Origin: Patescibacteria group bacterium
Lineage (GTDB): Bacteria; Patescibacteriota; Patescibacteriia; Magasanikbacterales; GWA2-37-8
Direction of reading: 5' to 3'
Assembly: GCA_041649475.1 (NCBI GenBank)
Contig: JBAZNA010000001.1
Coordinates: forward strand, 328,612-392,611
Length of the DNA: 64,000 bases
The notes under the pieces are model-generated. The model worked only from the letters and a program-made list of their open reading frames with translations. It was not told where the DNA came from and did no database searches. Positions 59,744-64,000 of this stretch are shown here, in pieces. Numbering within the stretch: the stretch's first letter is position 1; each line of letters begins with the position of its first letter. Made by a program: the position numbers and the translations under genes.

Positions 59744-59816
59744 ACAAAAGAGGGATGGAAAGAGTTTTTCGCCAAGCTTCGCTAGTGCTCAAAACTCTTT
59801 CCATCCCTCTTTTTGT
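59744..59816 (-). repeat. conserved-loop hairpin element, copy 5 (about 25 bp stem; loop is the reverse complement GAGCACTAGCGAAGCTTGGCGA). Probable bidirectional terminator between rplL and the convergent gene
   Basis: Stem 'acaaaagagggatggaaagagtttt'/'aaaactctttccatccctctttttgt'. Loop 'tcgccaagcttcgctagtgctc'. Confidence 0.7.
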
Positions 59817-59817
59817 T

Positions 59818-62094
59818 TTAGTTCAAAGTTATCTTGTATAATTTTTCCGAGTCCACTACATAGATAACATTCTTCGCTTCATCCACAATCATGCCGGTGG
59901 GTTTTACAAATTCATTGGCCGTGATTTGTTTTATCAGCTGGCCGGTTTTATCTAAAATAATAATCCGTTTATTTTGACTGTCTAAAATGTAGTTGTAAGT
60001 CAGATCGGTGTAGGTATAAATTTCATCAGCGTGGTCAAGCGCGGGATCAAGGCCGCTTACAGTATACGGTTGTTTCTGGCCGGAGGTAAATTTATCAATC
60101 GTGCCGTTGCTTTCCAAAACAAACATGTCGCCGTCGGTGGCCAGGTCAATGCCCGCGGCCAGGTTTACTCCCGCATCTTTTATCCAATTGGTGCCGCGGC
60201 CAAAACCGGTTTTGATGGAATCGTGCCGGTAAATTTGGTTATTGGCGGTATCAAGAGAATACAAGCGGCGGTTATAAATCATGATATTTTTAATATCCAC
60301 GTTCGTATTCGGATATGACACGTCAATAAATTTGACGGAATTATCAGTCGGATTATATTGCGCCAATTTGTTGTCGGCTAAAAGCAGTGCGTAATCGTTT
60401 TCTTTAGGCACGGTGCCGGCCGTAAAGCCGTTTATGGCCAAACCGGAAGTAATGGTTTTACTGCTTTTGGAAACCGGATCATAAACGAACAGGTTGGAAG
60501 TGGCGCTGCCAAAACCGATAATTTGATTGCTAATGACAACAATATTTTCTATACCGGCCTGACCGGCTAAGTTAGCCCAATCAGCCAGAAGCTCCGGAGC
60601 GGCAACCGTTACTTTTCTAAGTTTTAACAGCAAAGCGTTTAACTGGTCGCCCAAACTCTGGCAGGTATTTTTTTCATCGGCGGTTTTGCAGGGGAGGCCG
60701 GCGAGCGTGGCCTGGGCCTCTTTAATATTGGTCATGGCCGCGCTGTTGTCCCCGTAAATTGAAGCGCTATCCGCGTTGCCGATTTTTGTATTAATGCTTG
60801 ACACCGCATCGGCGTAGGCCTTGGCCGTTGCCGCTTTTTGCTGATTGATGCGCAGGTAAATTAAGCTGAAAACAAAAGTGATGCAGACCAATACGGAAGC
60901 GATCAAAAGTATTTTTGTAATAAGCGGCAGGCGTTTTAAATTATTTATAAATTCCTGCCGTCTTTTTGACCAGATATTTAAAATATCCTGCCGACGATTT
61001 TTATAGTTGAAAATGACAATAAACAACAGCACAATGGTTCGGCCCAGCCCCACTACGAGGGCGGCGATAAACATGGCCAGCCAGGCCAGGCCCCTGGCAA
61101 TGTATTTTATGATTTGCCAAGCCACTTCCAGCACTTGTTTGAGCGCTTGCTGGAAATCAATCGTGTTGGTTTTTTCTTTTAGGGAACGATGCGATTTTAA
61201 GTGGGTGGAATTTATTTGGGCGTCGGCATTCATATTTGTCGCCGACTCCGCATGGTCTTCATCGTTGCCTTTAAAAGAATTATTCAGCCGGTTTTGCAGG
61301 CGTGGTAAAAATGATGAGGAGAGTATGTTAGCGGTTTTTTGTTCAGTGTTAAAAAGATTGGAGAGCGATTTTACCGAACCCTTGGCCTGCTGGGATCTTA
61401 CTGATTTTATCAGCCGGTCATCGCCTTTTTGGAAGTGGATGATTATGCCGCCGAAAGAAGTATTGCTTTTTAATTCCGCCAAAACCCTTTGCAGATGTTC
61501 CGAACTTTGCCGGGGCGGGCGGGTGGTTACTATTTTTTGCAATCTGTCATTGCTGAAATATTCTTTGACATGAGGCGTGCTGGCAAAAAAGTAATCATTC
61601 TGGCCGATTTTTCCCTGAATGATTTGTGAAAAAAGCTGCCGGCTGGCTTCGGGCTCTTCGCTCCGGTTTTCCGTGATTAAATCCATGACTTTATAATTTC
61701 CGTCTTTGGTTTTGTAAAACAACAGCATCTGCGGCTCGCCGTAAAAACTGAAGATAATTTCCTGTTCGCGGATGGCGCCGACCAGGCAGTTCATCAAGAG
61801 ATCGGGTTTGACCAAAGAAAACGACTCTTTGTTGATTTTATCAAGCACGATTTCCAGTGAGCTTTTGTCCGCCTGATCCGGGGTTTCATAATAATCATTT
61901 TCCACCTCGTCTATGATATGCTGGAGTTTTTCTATTGATTTATGCTCGCCGTTGTTTATTTCGCAGACGGCAAAAAAATAGCCCTTGTCTTTTTCTGCCG
62001 GTGTGGCCGGTTCGGTGATGTTAAGCAGAACATGGGAGTTTTCGGCGTCTCCTCCTTCAACAAAAAATTCATGCAAATGTAGGATTGGATCCAT
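59818..62094 (-). CDS. large bitopic membrane protein: ~330 aa cytoplasmic N-domain, 2 TM helices, ~370 aa extracellular beta-propeller-like C-domain (hypothetical)
   Basis: TM helices 'LAWLAMFIAALVVGLGRTIVLLFIVIF' and 'ILLIASVLVCITFVFSLIYL'. C-terminal repeated 'YV.D...K.I...' strands. Confidence 0.45.
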   Translation of the reverse strand: MDPILHLHEFFVEGGDAENSHVLLNITEPATPAEKDKGYFFAVCEINNGEHKSIEKLQHIIDEVENDYYETPDQADKSSLEIVLDKINKESFSLVKPDLLMNCLVGAIREQEIIFSFYGEPQMLLFYKTKDGNYKVMDLITENRSEEPEASRQLFSQIIQGKIGQNDYFFASTPHVKEYFSNDRLQKIVTTRPPRQSSEHLQRVLAELKSNTSFGGIIIHFQKGDDRLIKSVRSQQAKGSVKSLSNLFNTEQKTANILSSSFLPRLQNRLNNSFKGNDEDHAESATNMNADAQINSTHLKSHRSLKEKTNTIDFQQALKQVLEVAWQIIKYIARGLAWLAMFIAALVVGLGRTIVLLFIVIFNYKNRRQDILNIWSKRRQEFINNLKRLPLITKILLIASVLVCITFVFSLIYLRINQQKAATAKAYADAVSSINTKIGNADSASIYGDNSAAMTNIKEAQATLAGLPCKTADEKNTCQSLGDQLNALLLKLRKVTVAAPELLADWANLAGQAGIENIVVISNQIIGFGSATSNLFVYDPVSKSSKTITSGLAINGFTAGTVPKENDYALLLADNKLAQYNPTDNSVKFIDVSYPNTNVDIKNIMIYNRRLYSLDTANNQIYRHDSIKTGFGRGTNWIKDAGVNLAAGIDLATDGDMFVLESNGTIDKFTSGQKQPYTVSGLDPALDHADEIYTYTDLTYNYILDSQNKRIIILDKTGQLIKQITANEFVKPTGMIVDEAKNVIYVVDSEKLYKITLN

Positions 62095-62167
62095 AACGTT
62101 CGCCTTTGACTTTTTAGGTTCTAATTATTATACTATAGGTAACTTTAAAACGCAAAGCACACAATAT

Positions 62168-62767
62168 ATGCTTGAACAACTTTTTGGTTCAAAGACCAGA
62201 GTTAAATTACTCCATATTTTTTTTCAATTCCCGGAAAGATCTTTTTACGTGCGGGAAATCGCCCGGCTGGCCGACACTCAATTAAACGCGGTCAGGCGCG
62301 AAATTGCCAACATGGAGGAGTTGGGGCTGATTTGCGGCGTATCAATGGATGAAGCCGCTTCCACGTCTGAAATCGGCGGCACCGGCCGATCAAAATATTA
62401 TAAATTGGATGGCGGCTGTTTGCTCCATTTTGAACTGAAGGCGCTCCTGTTAAAGGCGCAAATGCTCCAGGAAAGGGAATTGGTTGAACTTTTAAAGCAA
62501 AAAGCCGGCAAATTAAAAATGATGATGCTCACCGGCTCGTTTACCGGCGCGACTGATTCTGAAACCGACGTGCTTTTAGTCGGCGAGGTTAAGCCCGGGG
62601 CGGTGGTTAAAATAATAAATGAATTTGAAAAAGATTTGGGCCGTTTGATCAGGTACACGATCATGTCTGAAAAAGAGTTTTTCGACCGTAAAGAAATTGG
62701 CGATAAATTCTTATATAACATTTTTGAAGGCAAGCACATGGTTGTTCTTGACGAGATAACGGTTTAG
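62168..62767 (+). CDS. winged-helix transcriptional regulator-like protein (start trimmed to the ATG 62168; the track ORF from 61985 overlaps the divergent gene)
   Basis: 'KTRVKLLHIFFQFPERSFYVREIARLADTQLNAVRREIANMEELGLI' wHTH. Confidence 0.45.
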   Translation: MLEQLFGSKTRVKLLHIFFQFPERSFYVREIARLADTQLNAVRREIANMEELGLICGVSMDEAASTSEIGGTGRSKYYKLDGGCLLHFELKALLLKAQMLQERELVELLKQKAGKLKMMMLTGSFTGATDSETDVLLVGEVKPGAVVKIINEFEKDLGRLIRYTIMSEKEFFDRKEIGDKFLYNIFEGKHMVVLDEITV

Positions 62768-62769
62768 TT

Positions 62770-63162
62770 ATGTTTTTAATCATTGATAACAGCGGGGAGA
62801 AAGCGGTTGTCTTTTATTATTCAACCGGCGCTTCCAGCGGAGGATTTAAGCAGAAACAAATCAAAGCGGAAGCAGGGGAGGACATTTTAGTTTGTCTGGA
62901 AAAATTTTTGACGCAAATCGGTTTGACGCTGAAAGATATAAAATATTTGGCAGTGGTTATCGGTGTCGGCAAATTCACGGCCACTCGTCTGGCAGTTACT
63001 TGCGTCAATACGCTGGGCTTGGCTTTAAAAATTCCGGTTATGGGCATAGATAAGGAGTGGCGCCCGGAAGCTGTTTGGAAAAAAATAAAGAAAATTCCGG
63101 TAGGGCAGTACGCAGTGCCAAAATACAGCGGCGAGGCGCATATCGGCAAGAAAAAAAAGTAA
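62770..63162 (+). CDS. short TsaB/YeaZ-like protein (N-terminal Kae1/YgjD-fold half only)
   Basis: 'MFLIIDNSGEKAVV...' follows the TsaB 'M.ILAIDTATE..SVAL' start. 'LAVVIGVGKFTATRLAVTCVNTLGLALKIPVMGI' follows 'GPGSFTGVRIG...A.GL.L..P..GV'. Confidence 0.4.
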   Translation: MFLIIDNSGEKAVVFYYSTGASSGGFKQKQIKAEAGEDILVCLEKFLTQIGLTLKDIKYLAVVIGVGKFTATRLAVTCVNTLGLALKIPVMGIDKEWRPEAVWKKIKKIPVGQYAVPKYSGEAHIGKKKK

Positions 63163-63165
63163 ACT

Positions 63166-64000
63166 ATGCTTTCAAACTACGCCAGATATCGGCTATATGA
63201 GATTTTACCGGGACTGTCTATTTGGCTGACCCTGATTGTCGGCGTCGGTCTGTCTTTTGTCCGGCCGCTGTGGATGATTTATTTTATAATTGTTTTTGAT
63301 GTTTATTGGGTTTTGCGGGTTATTTATTTTTCATTTTATCTGATATTTTCCTGGCGCCGGTTCAGGCGCGCGGTCAAAGTGGATTGGTTTAAAAAATTAA
63401 CCGAAGAATTTCCCAACTGGCGCGAGAAAAAGAATGTAGTTTTTTTACCGATATATAATGAGGATTGGGAGGTGGTTGGAACCACCCTGGACAGTTTATG
63501 CGCTTCGACGTATCCGGCCGGCGAAATATATATTGTCATGTCCGGAGAAGGCAGAAAAATTGAACACTGGCAGAAAATTCAAAGCCAGGTTAAGGAAAAC
63601 TATGCGGGAAAATTTGCCGACCTGATATTTTATACGCACCCCGACGGTTTGCCGGATGAAATCAAGGGCAAGGGTTCCAATATTCATTTTGCCGAATATG
63701 AATTTAAAAAATACGCCGATACCAGGGGTTGGGATTATAAAAATATTATCGCCTCAATTTTTGACATAGACACGATCGCGCACCCCGCCTATATAGCGCA
63801 CCTGACCTATTTATATTCTTCACACCCCAGGCCGGATCACAGTTCTTTCCAGCCGCTTACCCTCTACAACAACAACATGTGGCAATCGCCTTCAATCTTG
63901 CGCGTGATGGCGTTCGGCACGACTTTTTGGATGTTGTTTTCTCTGGCCCGGCTGGATAATCTGGTGACGTTTTCTTCGCACAGCATGAGTTTTAAGGCCA
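63166..64000 (+). CDS. membrane glycosyltransferase, GT2-like (3'-truncated by the window end)
   Basis: Open frame from the ATG at 63166 to the window edge. N-terminal TM helices, then 'VVFLPIYNEDWEVVGTTLDSL' (GT2 start of the catalytic domain, D/E-x-D region). Confidence 0.5.
   Translation, partial: MLSNYARYRLYEILPGLSIWLTLIVGVGLSFVRPLWMIYFIIVFDVYWVLRVIYFSFYLIFSWRRFRRAVKVDWFKKLTEEFPNWREKKNVVFLPIYNEDWEVVGTTLDSLCASTYPAGEIYIVMSGEGRKIEHWQKIQSQVKENYAGKFADLIFYTHPDGLPDEIKGKGSNIHFAEYEFKKYADTRGWDYKNIIASIFDIDTIAHPAYIAHLTYLYSSHPRPDHSSFQPLTLYNNNMWQSPSILRVMAFGTTFWMLFSLARLDNLVTFSSHSMSFKA

Noticed and set aside
38301-59816. Repeated GAGCACTAGCG...GCTTGGCGA motif as a CRISPR array
   Set aside because: Copies are dispersed over 21 kb in both orientations and sit inside hairpins with unique stems. 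There are no regularly spaced direct repeats with spacers and no cas genes. Not CRISPR.
61985-62167. 5' extension of the regulator ORF 61985..62767
   Set aside because: It overlaps the start of the divergent 758 aa gene (ending at 62094). An ATG at 62168 precedes the wHTH motif.

Overview
A compact, AT-rich bacterial segment (roughly 40% GC by eye) that looks like Candidate Phyla Radiation / Patescibacteria. This is an inference from gene content and from a divergent 16S rRNA gene with a mismatch in the universal 515F primer site. Most genes sit in long co-directional blocks.

The window opens inside a 16S rRNA gene. It is followed by tRNA-Val(GAC) and tRNA-Ile(GAT) and then directly by protein-coding genes, with no 23S. 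Housekeeping genes found are lepB, hisS, rpsU, ybeY, dgkA, ftsA, ftsZ, nrdR, pyk, glyA, typA, rarA, queH, tsaE, rplJ and rplL, plus an Elp3-type radical-SAM/GNAT enzyme.

The most striking feature is a co-directional, ~16 kb block between rpsU and ybeY:
- Two giant secreted proteins (699 and 2567 aa) share a near-identical N-terminal domain that resembles a VirB2/TrbC-type pilin (two helices and a short loop). This domain is fused to large extracellular regions carrying IPT/TIG domains, Myxococcus-type cysteine-rich repeats and an LVIVD beta-propeller.
- A 1266 aa cysteine-rich protein carrying a LamG-like lectin domain follows them.
- Three tandem, membrane-anchored paralogs with calcium-binding DxDxDG repeats come next.

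Other notable items:
- A dispersed family of five hairpins with unrelated, mostly perfect 19 to 25 bp stems but one shared 22 to 23 nt loop sequence (GAGCACTAGCGA[n]AGCTTGGCGA).
- A short GC-rich island with its own consensus promoter, strong Shine-Dalgarno sequence, two tiny ORFs and a strong terminator.
- A module of an HTH regulator and an ECF sigma/anti-sigma pair in front of a 1255 aa Ser/Thr-rich surface protein. An ECF-type AAC-N16-CGT promoter sits directly at the sigma gene start.
- Several textbook sigma-70 promoters and apparently leaderless starts.

No CRISPR array, transposase or integrase was seen.
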